Assembly: GCA_037445695.1 (NCBI GenBank)
Contig: JBBIKA010000003.1
Location: 1-58,433, forward strand
Length of the DNA stretch: 58,433 nucleotides
Direction of reading: 5' to 3'
From: Chloroflexota bacterium
GTDB taxonomy: Bacteria > Chloroflexota > Anaerolineae > CG2-30-64-16
In this document: positions 1 through 8,126 of the stretch, piece by piece
How positions within the stretch are numbered: the first letter of the stretch is position 1
Layout of the letters: every line of letters starts with the position of its first letter
Program-made: the position numbers and the translations under genes
Notes under the pieces: model-generated
What the model saw: the letters and a program-made list of their open reading frames with translations, nothing else
Told to the model about the DNA's origin: nothing
The model's database searches: none

Positions 1-62
1 GGTTTGCGGCGATGCAGTGCGGCTTGCGACCGCAAAGCGGGGACACGTCCCCGCAAGCCAAA
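1..62. repeat. Family-A palindromic repeat copy (hairpin GCGGGGAC..GTCCCCGC flanked by CAAAG / AAGCCAAAC)
   Basis: The reverse complement of 1-62 aligns by eye with 37798-37860 (GTTTGG(A/C)TTGCGGGGACGTGTCCCCGCTTTG...GCCGCAAACC). It has the same unit design as the 26-bp array at 24062-24165. Confidence 0.6.
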
Positions 63-1178
63 CTATGGCAGCGTCTGCACTTCGACCGAGAGCACGGCCG
101 GCAGGTCGCGCACGATGGCGGTCCAATGGTCGCCCGCGTCGGCCGAGGCGTACACCTGGCCGCCGGTCGTGCCGAAGTAGACCCCGCACGGATCGAGCGC
201 GTCAACGGCCAGCGCGCTGCGCAACACGTTGACGTAGCAATGGCTTTGCGGCAGCCCGTCCGTCAACGCCTCCCACTCGTTGCCGCCGACGCGGCTGCGA
301 TAGACCCGCAGCTTGCCCTCCGGCGGGAAATGCTCGGAGTCGCTCTTGATCGGGACGACGTAGACCGTCTCCGGCTCGTGCGCGTGCACCGCGATGGGGA
401 AGCCGAAGTCGCTGGGCAGATTGCCGCTGATCTCGTACCACGCTTCGCCCGCGTCGTCGCTGCGCATCACATCCCAATGCTTCTGCATGAAGAGCACGTC
501 CGGCCGCGCCGGGTGGCGCGCCATGCTGTGGATGCAGTGGCCGACTTCGGCCTCCGGATCCGGGAGCTCGAAGGCCATCTTCAGGCCACGGGTGATCGGC
601 CGCCAGGTCTGGCCGCCGTCATCGGTGCGGAACGCGCCGGCGGCCGAGATGGCGACGAAGATGCGGTCGGGATTGTCCCGGTCGAGGAGGATGGTGTGCA
701 GGCCCATCCCGCCGGCGCCCGGCTGCCACAGATGCCCTTTGACCGCCCGCAGGCCGGGCAGCTCTTGCCACGATTGCCCGCCATCGCGCGAGCGGAACAG
801 GGCCGCGTCCTCCACCCCCGCGTAGACCGTGTCCGCCTCGATCGGCGACGGCTCCAGGCGCCAGACGCGCTTGAATTCCCATGGCCGCTGGGTGCCGTCG
901 AACCATTGGTGCGTGCCGGTCTCCCCTTCGTAGGCGAAGGTGTTGCCGACCGGCGTCCAGGTGCGGCCGCCGTCGTCGGAACGCTGGATCAACTGGCCGA
1001 ACCAGCCGCTCGATTGCGAAGCATAGAGCCGATCGGGGTTCACGGGGGAACCCTTGAGATGGTAAATCTCCCAGCCGGCAAAATGCGGGCCGCTGATGTC
1101 CCACTCCCTCCGCCGGGCATCGGCGGTCAAGATGAATGCGCCTTTGCGCGTGCCCACCAATACTCTCACACCGTTCAC
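63..1178 (-). CDS. BNR/Asp-box repeat beta-propeller protein (sialidase/Ycf48-like fold)
   Basis: 371-aa ORF with five Asp-box motifs S-x-D-x-G-x-(T/S)-W ([40 protein letters not shown]) at regular spacing. Overlapping ORFs are Arg/Ala-rich high-GC artefacts. Confidence 0.85.
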   Translation of the reverse strand: MNGVRVLVGTRKGAFILTADARRREWDISGPHFAGWEIYHLKGSPVNPDRLYASQSSGWFGQLIQRSDDGGRTWTPVGNTFAYEGETGTHQWFDGTQRPWEFKRVWRLEPSPIEADTVYAGVEDAALFRSRDGGQSWQELPGLRAVKGHLWQPGAGGMGLHTILLDRDNPDRIFVAISAAGAFRTDDGGQTWRPITRGLKMAFELPDPEAEVGHCIHSMARHPARPDVLFMQKHWDVMRSDDAGEAWYEISGNLPSDFGFPIAVHAHEPETVYVVPIKSDSEHFPPEGKLRVYRSRVGGNEWEALTDGLPQSHCYVNVLRSALAVDALDPCGVYFGTTGGQVYASADAGDHWTAIVRDLPAVLSVEVQTLP

Positions 1179-1474
1179 GGTTGACTCCTTGATTTGGCCT
1201 CATTTCCCGCGCCGGCCGGCGATCGGCTCGACGAGGACGACGATCATGGGACAAGTATAACACAGGTGCAAGAACACCGCCAATCCCCTCCGTGATGTGC
1301 AAGCCACCGAACAGACGAATTTCTAAACTCGTGACCATTTCATGCGCCAGTAAACGATCTCCAAACGATTGGTGACTATTATAATGAGGCGAGCATAGCA
1401 CAAATGAAGACATAAGGCGAGCACAAATGCTCCGGGCAGGCGGCCAACGACGCCATCGGCGCCGCCAATGGCCT

Positions 1475-3429
1475 TCATGGCAATCGCGCGCTATCTGTAG
1501 CCGGGTGGAGTCGGCCGGCCGCGCCGCTGATAGGGAGGTGGAGGATGGCGGCTTTCCGACGGTTGGCGCCCTCGGCCTGGGCCATGCGACGCTGGGCCAG
1601 CCGGCGTCGCGCGGCGCTCATGCCTTCGCAGCAGACCTCGCGCAGCCGGGGGTGGGTGAATTCGTAGCTGTCTTCCCCCGTCTCGCGCAGGATGCGGCGA
1701 CGCCACAGCTCGTCCAGCGCCTGCACCAGGCTCGCCTCATCGCCATCATGGGCGCGCGCCAGGAGCTCGTAGCGACACGGCCGGCCCGCGACCGCGATCA
1801 GCTCAGCCAGGGCCAGCGCGTCGGCCGAGAGCTGGCCCAGCCGCGCCTGGAGCACCTGTTGGAGCTTGGGCGGCAGCGGCAGGCCGGCCGCCGGCGCAGC
1901 CGCGCCGTGCGCGGCGTCCCACGTCCCTGAACGCTCCAGCCCCGCCCGCACCATCTCCACCACGAAGAGCGGGTTGCCTTCGGAGCCCTGGTAGAGCGGC
2001 CCGGCCAGGTCCGGCGGCAGCGACCGGCTGGCGACCTGGCTTGCCAGCGCCATCGTCTCAGCGCTGCTCAGCCCGGCCAGCTCGATCTCCGTCACCAGGC
2101 CGCGGCGGCGCAGGCTGTGCAGCAGCTGCGCCGACGGTTGATCGGCGCTCAGGTCCTCGGAACGGGCCGTGGCGACGATCAGCAGCCGGCCACGCGGGTC
2201 GAAGCGCAGCAGGAAGTGGAGCCAGTCCAGGGTGTCGCGGTCGCACCATGGCAGATCATCGAGCACCAACAGGATCGGCCGCGGATCGGCCGCGAGCCCG
2301 CGGCCCCAGGCCAGCACCGCGTGCGCCAGCGCCTCGAAGAGCCGGTAGCGTTCCCAGGGCGCGTCCGTCTCGACCGGGCCCGGGCCGACATCGGGCAACG
2401 GGCGGGCCAGTTCGCGGCGCCAGGGGCCGGGCAGTGGCGGCAGCGGCCGGCTGCGCAGCCAGGCGACGATCGGCGCGTAAGGCAGGTTGCCCTCGGCGGC
2501 ATAACAGGCGGCGTGCGCAGCCGGGTAGCCCTGACGATCGGCCCAGGTCAACAGCTCCTCGGCCAGCCGCGTCTTGCCGATGCCCACATCGCCGGTAATG
2601 AGGACGAGCTGGGGGCGGCCGCCGGCTGCGGATTGCCAGAGCGCCAGGAGTTGCGCCCACTCCTGCCCGCGGCCGATCAGCGGCAGGTCCGGGCCGGCCG
2701 GCGCCAACGCCGTGGCCGGCGGCCGGCCGCCGCGCAGCGCTTGCGCGTACAACTGTTGGGTGGCCGGCGCCGGCTCAACGCCCAGCTCGCGGCGCAGGAC
2801 GGCCGCGCAGGCGTGGTAAGCGCGCAGCGCGCCCGCGCGGTCGCCGATGAGCAGCTGCAGGCGCATCAGGCTGCGGCAGTGCACTTCGTTCAACGGCTCC
2901 TCTCGCGCCAGCCGTTGCGCGTATTCCAGCGCGGCCCGATAATCGCGCGCTTCCTCCGCTTGCTGCGTCAGACGATCCAACGCGGAGATGTAGAGGCAGC
3001 GCAGCCGTTCGCGTTCGGGCACGATCCAATCGGCGTAGCATTCGGGCAGCAGGTCGCCGCGGTAGAGCGCAACCGCCTCGCGCAGCGCGCCGGCCTGAAG
3101 CGCAGCTTCGAACTCTGCAACGTCCAGGCTGTACGGGACATGCGGCTCCCAGAACAGGGCCTGATGCTCGCAGTGCAGGCAACAGTCGGCGTGGGGAAGG
3201 GCCTGGCGCAGGAGATGCACGAGGTTGCGCAGATTGGTGCGGGCCTGGTCTTCGGTCGAGTCGGGCCCAGCAGGAAGGCGAGATGTTGCCGCGGCTGCGG
3301 CACGCCCCGATGGAGGATCAGATAGGCCAGCAAGGCGCGCAGCCGCGGGGAATGGACGGCGGTCACGGGGACGCCATCGTAGGTCAGGCAGAATTCGCCC
3401 AACAGTTGGACGCGCAACCCCGATGTCAC
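1475..3429 (-). pseudogene. SARP (OmpR-type wHTH + BTAD) / AAA ATPase regulator, interrupted by a 1-nt frameshift near 3265-3270
   Basis: The N-terminus MTSGLRVQLLGEFCLTYDGVPV...QHLAFLL is in the frame of ORF 2968..3429. The continuation PDSTEDQARTNLRNLVHLLRQALP, the BTAD region (LYRGDLLPE, RAYHACAAVLRRELGVEP) and the P-loop GDVGIGKTRL are in the frame of ORF 1475..3481. The span is 1955 nt, which is 3n-1. Confidence 0.8.
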
Positions 3430-3624
3430 ACGCTCCCCCGATCGGTGAAGGGGCTTTATCCTCTACGACGTATTTTACCACTTTGCGATACGCTTGCCCA
3501 CGACTTAGGTCTCACTTGTGGGATCGGCTTGAGGCACCCCTGGCCCCGAAAAGCGACGCGCAGGCCATGCGGGCAGATGAAGTGTTTTTTAGATTTGCAG
3601 CGTTGTTTTCGGGCAGGGCCATCT

Positions 3625-3657
3625 GAAACGATTTTGAAACGCTTTTTGTGATATATT
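3625..3657 (+). promoter_or_regulatory. Two tandem 11-bp direct repeats (GAAACGATTTT GAAACGCTTTT) followed by a TATATT -10-like hexamer; SARP-box-like promoter candidate
   Basis: Repeats are at 3625-3635 and 3636-3646, and TATATT is at 3652-3657. The site lies in a locally AT-rich spacer about 85 nt upstream of the + strand ORF at 3742 and about 200 nt from the divergent SARP gene start. Confidence 0.35.
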
Positions 3658-3741
3658 GGTCTCGCTTTCGTCTCTGATCGGATCGCCGGCGACATGACAT
3701 GAGCGCTTTCCGGAACACATCCCGTTCTTGAAGAATTCACC

Positions 3742-4101
3742 ATGGAGATCGCTCCGATGGACAAAGTACGGATCCTGATCCTTCTGCTGCTGGGCGTGTC
3801 GGCGATCGCCGCCCTGACGGCAAGCCTGTCCGCCCTGGCCACGCCGGTCGGGTACGCCCAGGCCCCTGACCAACCCCTGGCCCCGGCCGCCTGCGTCGCG
3901 CTGGCCGGCCCCGGCCAGATCCCCGCGCCCACCGTCGTCACCTTCGACGAGCTGCCCGCGGGGACGAGCACGGCAACTTCTACCAGCGCACCCACGGCGT
4001 CTCCTTCGAGGAGGGCCGCACGCGCAGGTTCGGGGAACAATTGGTGGCTTTGCAGAGGGCAGTTGGCCGCGACCAGACCTAAACGACAGGATGACGCATA
4101 A
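3742..4101 (+). CDS. Small secreted hypothetical protein (signal peptide); the 3' half may be frame-disturbed
   Basis: The N-terminus MDKVRILILLLLGVSAIAALTASLSALA looks like a signal peptide. After ...TVVTFDELPAG the listed frame becomes S/T/A/R-rich. A +1 frame reads DEHGNFYQRTHGVSFEEG, which looks more protein-like. Confidence 0.35.
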   Translation: MEIAPMDKVRILILLLLGVSAIAALTASLSALATPVGYAQAPDQPLAPAACVALAGPGQIPAPTVVTFDELPAGTSTATSTSAPTASPSRRAARAGSGNNWWLCRGQLAATRPKRQDDA

Positions 4102-4214
4102 GCCGTCAGGCAACCACGGTTTAGATAGGATTGTCTATGATGGCTCGACTTTGCGACTGCCGGCACTTCGGTTGCTCACTTGTCAACCGCACCCTATCAA
4201 AGGAGGTGTTCACT

Positions 4215-4667
4215 ATGTTCCACTCAAAAACGCTCCGCATGATCGTCATCGTCGGTGTGCTGTTCCTGCTCGGTTTCGGTGTCGCGTGGCTGGGCCAGGC
4301 AGATCGGGCGGTCGCGGGCACGTCGCAAACGACCGCCCCTGCCCCGGCCCTCCAGGCCCCGGATAGCAACCCCACCGACCTGGCGGCACCGGATGCCTCG
4401 ACCTGGGTGACCTGCACGCCGAACAACGTCGCCGCCTTCTCGAATCGCATCCACGTGCGTTGTAACGAATCCTACAGCAACATCCGCTACTTCGCTTACC
4501 CGACGACCAACGCGGCGGCTGCTGCCCGCTATCTCAGCCTGCTCACGTCCGCCCAGGTTGCTGGCCATACCCTGAGCATCCTGTATGATCCGGCGGACAC
4601 CAGTGGGACGTCCTACGGTTGCCTGGCCACCGATTGCCGCCCCATCCAGGCAGTTGAGCTTCACTGA
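4215..4667 (+). CDS. Small secreted or membrane-anchored Cys-containing hypothetical protein
   Basis: ATG at 4215 is preceded by AAAGGAGG (4199-4206). An N-terminal hydrophobic segment (MIVIVGVLFLLGFGVAWLG) is followed by a P/A/T linker and a roughly 100-aa domain with 4 Cys. The gene is co-oriented directly upstream of the metalloprotease. Confidence 0.6.
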   Translation: MFHSKTLRMIVIVGVLFLLGFGVAWLGQADRAVAGTSQTTAPAPALQAPDSNPTDLAAPDASTWVTCTPNNVAAFSNRIHVRCNESYSNIRYFAYPTTNAAAAARYLSLLTSAQVAGHTLSILYDPADTSGTSYGCLATDCRPIQAVELH

Positions 4668-4724
4668 GGTGCGCCATGAACAGCTCGGTCAAAAGTGGCC
4701 TTCCCGTCCCCCTGACCCTTCAAA

Positions 4725-6620
4725 TTGGGGGGAGCGGGGGGCGGAATGGAGGCCAGGAGGGCGGCGGGCAAGCTGCCGCTCATGTTGCTGGCCTTGCTGG
4801 CGGGCTGGCTGGTGGGGCAGGTCGCCCTCGGTCCACTCGCGGCCCAGGCGGCGGTGTATTGGGCGGCTGCCAACGGTCAACCCCTGGCGCTGGGCGTGCG
4901 CAATCGCGACATCACGGTGTGCTTCGTGGGCAATGCCGTCAGCGCCCGCCCCGACCGGGTGCGACAGATTGTGACCTATATCCAGGACTTCGAGGCGGCG
5001 GCCAACATCCGCTTCTATACGTTGGCGGGCACGCGCCTGTCCAGCGCCGCGCAGCAGAACATCGCCTCCTTGCAATGTACGCCGCCAACCCAGCAGGGTA
5101 ACGGCTACGCCTACTACGCCGGTGACATCCGGGTGGTCATTCCCAACACCGATGTGGACGCCACAGCGCCGGTGCCGGGCAACGGCTGCGAGAACGACAG
5201 CATGACCTCGGCCCCTGACGTGGCCTCCTGGTCTTCGAGCAGGCTGGACGTCTTCTGGCGGGGCTGGGACAACACCCTGCGGCATAAGTGGGGCTATCTG
5301 GATGGCAGCACCTGGCGTTGGAGCGTCAACGAAAAGCTGGGCGGCAGCCTGACTTCAGGGCCGGGCGTGGCTTCCTGGGCCAATAACCGACTGGCCGTCT
5401 TCGTACGGGGCACCGACAACCTGCGCCACAAGTGGTCCACCGACGGCGGCACCAACTGGAGCGGCTGGGAGGACCTGGGCGGCACCCTGACCTCCGGGCC
5501 TGGCGCGGCCGCCTGGGACGTCAACCGCCTGGCGGTGTTCGTCCGGGGGCAGGACAACGGGCTATGGATGAGGCGCTGGAACGGCAGCAGTTGGGACGCC
5601 TGGCAGAGCCTGGACGGCACGTTGACGGCGGACCCGGATGCGGCCTCCTGGGGCACCAATCGCCTGGATGTCTTCGTGCGCTGGAGCGACAACACCCTGC
5701 GCCATCGGTGGTCCACCGACGGTGGCGCCACCTGGAGCGGCTGGGAGAACCTGGGGGGCAGCCTGGCCTCCGGCCCCGCCGTGGTAGCACGGATGGTCAA
5801 CCGGCTAGACGTGTTTGCGCAGGGTGGCAACACCAGCCTCTGGTATCGCGAATGGGACGGCAGTGCCTGGAGCAACTGGGCCGACGTTGGCGACAACGCC
5901 GGCTGGGGGAGCTGGTCCAGTGGACCCTGGAACCTGAACGACCCCAACCACCGGGCCTGCCTGTACAACCTGAAGCTGGGGGACGACCCCTGGAACGCGA
6001 CGCCCTACCGGAACCACACGTTGCACGAGTTCGGCCACGCCCTGGGCCTGAGCCACGAGCACCAGCGGCCCGACGCCAACGCCGGCTGCACGGAGCCAGG
6101 CTACGGCGGAGGCGGCACTGCCGGGCTGATGACCCCGTACGACCGCAACTCCGTGATGCACTACAAGTTCGCTTCCTGCGGCATCAACGGCAACTACGAC
6201 CACACCGGCCTGTCGGCCTGGGACCGGCTGGCTCTGCACATCATGTACCCGGAGGACGTGCGGGTGGCCGAGTTCACGGGCAAGACGGTGGTGAAGGTGG
6301 GCGAACCGCTGGTCCTGCGTTCCACCCTGACCCAGCAGGGCGCCACCGCGTTTGCGCTCAAGAACTTCCAATGGAAAGTGGATGGGGTGGTCAAGAGCAC
6401 CGGCGACACGCTGAACATCACCTTCGCCGGCGCCGGCACCCACACGGTCCAGTTCACCTATCGGGATTTTCTGGACCGCGATTACAGTTCCACCTTCACC
6501 GCCCGCGTGCTGAGCCCCGCCGCCTTCAACCAGCAGATGGCAGCCGTGGAACAGGCGCAGTTGCTGATGATGACGTCCAGCCTTCCCGCTCATATCTATC
6601 TGCCGACGGTTGTACGCTGA
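4725..6620 (+). CDS. Secreted astacin-like (metzincin) zinc metalloprotease with five inserted W-rich beta-propeller blade repeats and a C-terminal Ig/PKD-like domain
   Basis: Zinc motif HEFGHALGLSHEHQRPD (about 6024-6075) and Met-turn SVMHY. Five roughly 47-aa repeats with consensus G.LTSGP...SW..NRLDVFVRG.DN.LRHKW....G..WSGWE lie at about 5202-5925. The signal-like N-terminus is LPLMLLALLAGWLVG. An alternative start is ATG 4746. Confidence 0.85.
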   Translation: MGGAGGGMEARRAAGKLPLMLLALLAGWLVGQVALGPLAAQAAVYWAAANGQPLALGVRNRDITVCFVGNAVSARPDRVRQIVTYIQDFEAAANIRFYTLAGTRLSSAAQQNIASLQCTPPTQQGNGYAYYAGDIRVVIPNTDVDATAPVPGNGCENDSMTSAPDVASWSSSRLDVFWRGWDNTLRHKWGYLDGSTWRWSVNEKLGGSLTSGPGVASWANNRLAVFVRGTDNLRHKWSTDGGTNWSGWEDLGGTLTSGPGAAAWDVNRLAVFVRGQDNGLWMRRWNGSSWDAWQSLDGTLTADPDAASWGTNRLDVFVRWSDNTLRHRWSTDGGATWSGWENLGGSLASGPAVVARMVNRLDVFAQGGNTSLWYREWDGSAWSNWADVGDNAGWGSWSSGPWNLNDPNHRACLYNLKLGDDPWNATPYRNHTLHEFGHALGLSHEHQRPDANAGCTEPGYGGGGTAGLMTPYDRNSVMHYKFASCGINGNYDHTGLSAWDRLALHIMYPEDVRVAEFTGKTVVKVGEPLVLRSTLTQQGATAFALKNFQWKVDGVVKSTGDTLNITFAGAGTHTVQFTYRDFLDRDYSSTFTARVLSPAAFNQQMAAVEQAQLLMMTSSLPAHIYLPTVVR

Positions 6621-6694
6621 GCGGGCGCTACTTCAACTAGACCGATCTGCCGCCGGTGCTGCGCAGGTCACAGCCGTGACAGGCCCGTATGCGT

Positions 6695-6715
6695 CGGGCA
6701 CTTCACAAGTGCCCG
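6695..6715 (+). terminator. Family-E hairpin (CGGGCACTT-CAC-AAGTGCCCG) downstream of the protease gene; possible terminator
   Basis: Perfect 9-bp stem 75 nt after the stop at 6620, with a T-run (CTATTTTT) about 15 nt further on. The arms resemble the hairpins at 33302-33334 and 36535-36567. Confidence 0.4.
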
Positions 6716-6767
6716 GCACGTTTGACGGGGCTATTTTTCAGGTTAGTTCTAGGGCAATCGCGTCTTA

Positions 6768-6870
6768 TTGAAACAGGGTTGTCAGGACCTTGAGCAGGTA
6801 GGCGGTGCCCCAAGCGGCCTTGAGACGCTTGTTGAAGGTGCCCAGCTTGCGGGTGGCCCCCTGCGATTCG
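6768..6870 (-). mobile_element. C-terminal remnant of a transposase-like gene (possibly ISAs1-type)
   Basis: The minus-strand translation ends ...ESQGATRKLGTFNKRLKAAWGTAYLLKVLTTLFQ*. The KRLKAAW...YLLKVL tail resembles ISAs1-family transposase C-termini as I recall them. There is no start codon or catalytic region. Confidence 0.3.
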
Positions 6871-7104
6871 GCCAACAACACCATCGGCGGCGCGGCCAGC
6901 AGCCTGTGCAACGTGATCTCCGGCAACGAAGGGTAGGGCATCGAGCTCGATTCAACCTCCGGCCTGAACGGCGTCTACGGGAACCACATCGGCGTCAGCC
7001 TGGACGGCACGGCCGGCCTGGGCAACGCCGGCGGCGGCATGTCCTTCATCGGCAACCGCCGCAATGAAACGATGATCGAGGTGACGGACGCGCGCCGCAC
7101 ATGA
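6862..7104 (+). pseudogene. Fragment of a right-handed parallel beta-helix (NosD-like) repeat protein with an in-frame TAG
   Basis: The frame reads CDSANNTIGGAASSLCNVISGNEG*GIELDSTSGLNGVYGNHIGVSLDGTAGLGNAGGGMSFIGN... This is the typical NxIxGN / GIxL beta-helix periodicity. TAG is at 6934-6936 and there is no start or signal sequence. Confidence 0.5.
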
Positions 7105-7200
7105 CCGCAGCCGACTGGCGCAGTGCGCGCAGATGGGGTATCATTGGATCACTGCCGGCCGCGAACCTGACCGCGACTGACAATCAGGGAGATATTGACC

Positions 7201-8064
7201 ATGACCTCACGCCCTGTGCGCCAGATCATCGAACCCCAGCCCGTCCTGGAGGGCGCGGGCGTCCGGCTGCGGCGCAGCTTCCCCGGCCGCAGCCTGGACT
7301 TCCCCGATCCTTTCCTGCTGTTCGACCACTTCGGCTCCGACAACCCGGCCGACTACATGGCCGGCTTCCCCATGCACCCGCACCGCGGCATCGAGACCGT
7401 CACCTACATGCTGACCGGCGCGGTGGCGCATCGCGACAGCCTGGGCAACGCCGGCGTCATCCGGGCCGGCGATGTGCAGTGGATGACGGCCGGCGGCGGC
7501 ATCCTGCACGAGGAGATGCCGCAGCAGGCGCCGGACGGCCGGATGGAGGGCTTCCAGCTCTGGGTGAATCTGCCGGCCCGGCTGAAGATGAGCCGGCCGC
7601 GCTACCAGGAATTCACCGCCGACACCATCCCGCAGATCACCCGGCCCGACGGCGTGACGATCCGCGTCATCGCCGGCGCGGCGGAGGGCCTCACCGGCCC
7701 CGTGCGCGAGATCGCGGCCGATCCGATCTACCTCGACGTGGCCGTGCCGGCCGGCGGGGGCTTCGTCTTCCCTATGACGCGCGGCCACACGGCCCTGGCC
7801 TACGTCTTCCGCGGCGCGGGCACGTTCGGCGGCGCCACGATCCGCGCGCCCAAGTTGCTGGTTTTCAGTGACGGCGACCAGATCGAGGCCGCGGCCGGCG
7901 ACCAGCCCGTTCGCTTCCTGCTGATGTCCGGCAAACCCGCGGGCGAACCCATCGTCCGCTACGGCCCGTTCGTGATGAACACGCGGGAGGAGATCTTGCA
8001 GGCGCTGCGCGATCTGCAGGATGGGACATTTGTGAAGGGGGATGCGCCGGAGCTCCGCCGGTAG
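7201..8064 (+). CDS. Pirin family protein (bicupin)
   Basis: The sequence ...PFLLFDHFG...GFPMHPHRGIETVTYMLTGAVAHRDSLGN...GDVQWMTAGGGILHEEMP is a clear pirin signature. ATG at 7201 follows AGGGAG (7185-7190). Confidence 0.9.
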   Translation: MTSRPVRQIIEPQPVLEGAGVRLRRSFPGRSLDFPDPFLLFDHFGSDNPADYMAGFPMHPHRGIETVTYMLTGAVAHRDSLGNAGVIRAGDVQWMTAGGGILHEEMPQQAPDGRMEGFQLWVNLPARLKMSRPRYQEFTADTIPQITRPDGVTIRVIAGAAEGLTGPVREIAADPIYLDVAVPAGGGFVFPMTRGHTALAYVFRGAGTFGGATIRAPKLLVFSDGDQIEAAAGDQPVRFLLMSGKPAGEPIVRYGPFVMNTREEILQALRDLQDGTFVKGDAPELRR

Positions 8065-8126
8065 GAGCGCCGCGGCCACGCGCCGGTTACCCCGCGGCGC
8101 CGACGGAAGCGCCGTGGGGCGGGAGC

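Noticed and set aside
1185-1474. Lower-GC spacer with the short direct repeat AGGCGAGCA(NNN)CACAAATG, considered as a possible small RNA or tRNA-like gene
   Set aside because: No cloverleaf, no conserved tRNA boxes and no stable extended structure were seen by eye. It is most simply the promoter region of the BNR gene and the 3' region of the SARP gene.
3960-4101. Frameshift in the small secreted ORF 3742..4101 (alternative frame DEHGNFYQRTHGVSFEEGRTRRFGEQLVALQRAVGRDQT*)
   Set aside because: The alternative frame looks more protein-like, but both frames end within about 20 nt of each other and I cannot assign either to a family. There is not enough evidence to call a frameshift, so it is recorded only as uncertainty on that CDS.
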